Shown here: positions 63,970 through 64,000 of the stretch, piece by piece
How the letters are laid out: each line of letters starts with the position of its first letter
How positions within the stretch are numbered: position 1 is the first letter of the stretch
NCBI GenBank assembly: GCA_031414775.1
Contig: JANOQI010000041.1
Coordinates: 138,727-202,726, forward strand
DNA from: Synechococcales cyanobacterium VAR_4_metabat_354
Lineage (GTDB): Bacteria; Cyanobacteriota; Cyanobacteriia; Cyanobacteriales; Chamaesiphonaceae
Length of the DNA stretch: 64,000 bases
Direction: 5' to 3'
Made by a program: the position numbers and the translations under genes
Notes under the pieces: model-generated
The model's input: the letters and a program-made list of their open reading frames with translations, nothing else
The model's database searches: none
What the model was told of the DNA's origin: nothing

Positions 63970-64000
63970 ACGATATTATACAGACCCTCCTTGCAAAAGC

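Overview
Chromosomal window from a cyanobacterium (psbK, flv4-sll0218-like-flv2, ndhD, a PatA-type taxis operon, frequent CGATCG/HIP1-like words). From left to right: (i) a ~21 kb surface-polysaccharide locus in two convergent arms, containing Wzc, a Wzy/ligase-like protein, Wzm/Wzt, glycosyl-, methyl- and acetyltransferases and an AsnB-type amidotransferase; (ii) psbK, a catalytically altered caspase-like protein and a CheW, divergent from a phototaxis-type chemosensory operon whose receptor and an extra stand-alone membrane protein both carry DXCIP-type cyanobacteriochrome GAF domains; (iii) housekeeping genes (DAACS symporter, gpx, lepA, xfp-ackA, pgm, flv4/flv2, ndhD, hsp20). The most unusual segment is 45.1-47.4 kb. 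An apparently intact protelomerase (telomere resolvase) gene is preceded by a probable cas3 5' remnant, a CPBP-protease remnant and two inverted 11-bp arms that, if joined, form a perfect palindrome resembling the phage N15 telRL core. A 17-bp motif at a fixed distance from a -10 box recurs before three genes and suggests a stress regulon. I saw no rRNA, tRNA, CRISPR array or intact IS. All calls come from reading motifs by eye; no database searches were run.
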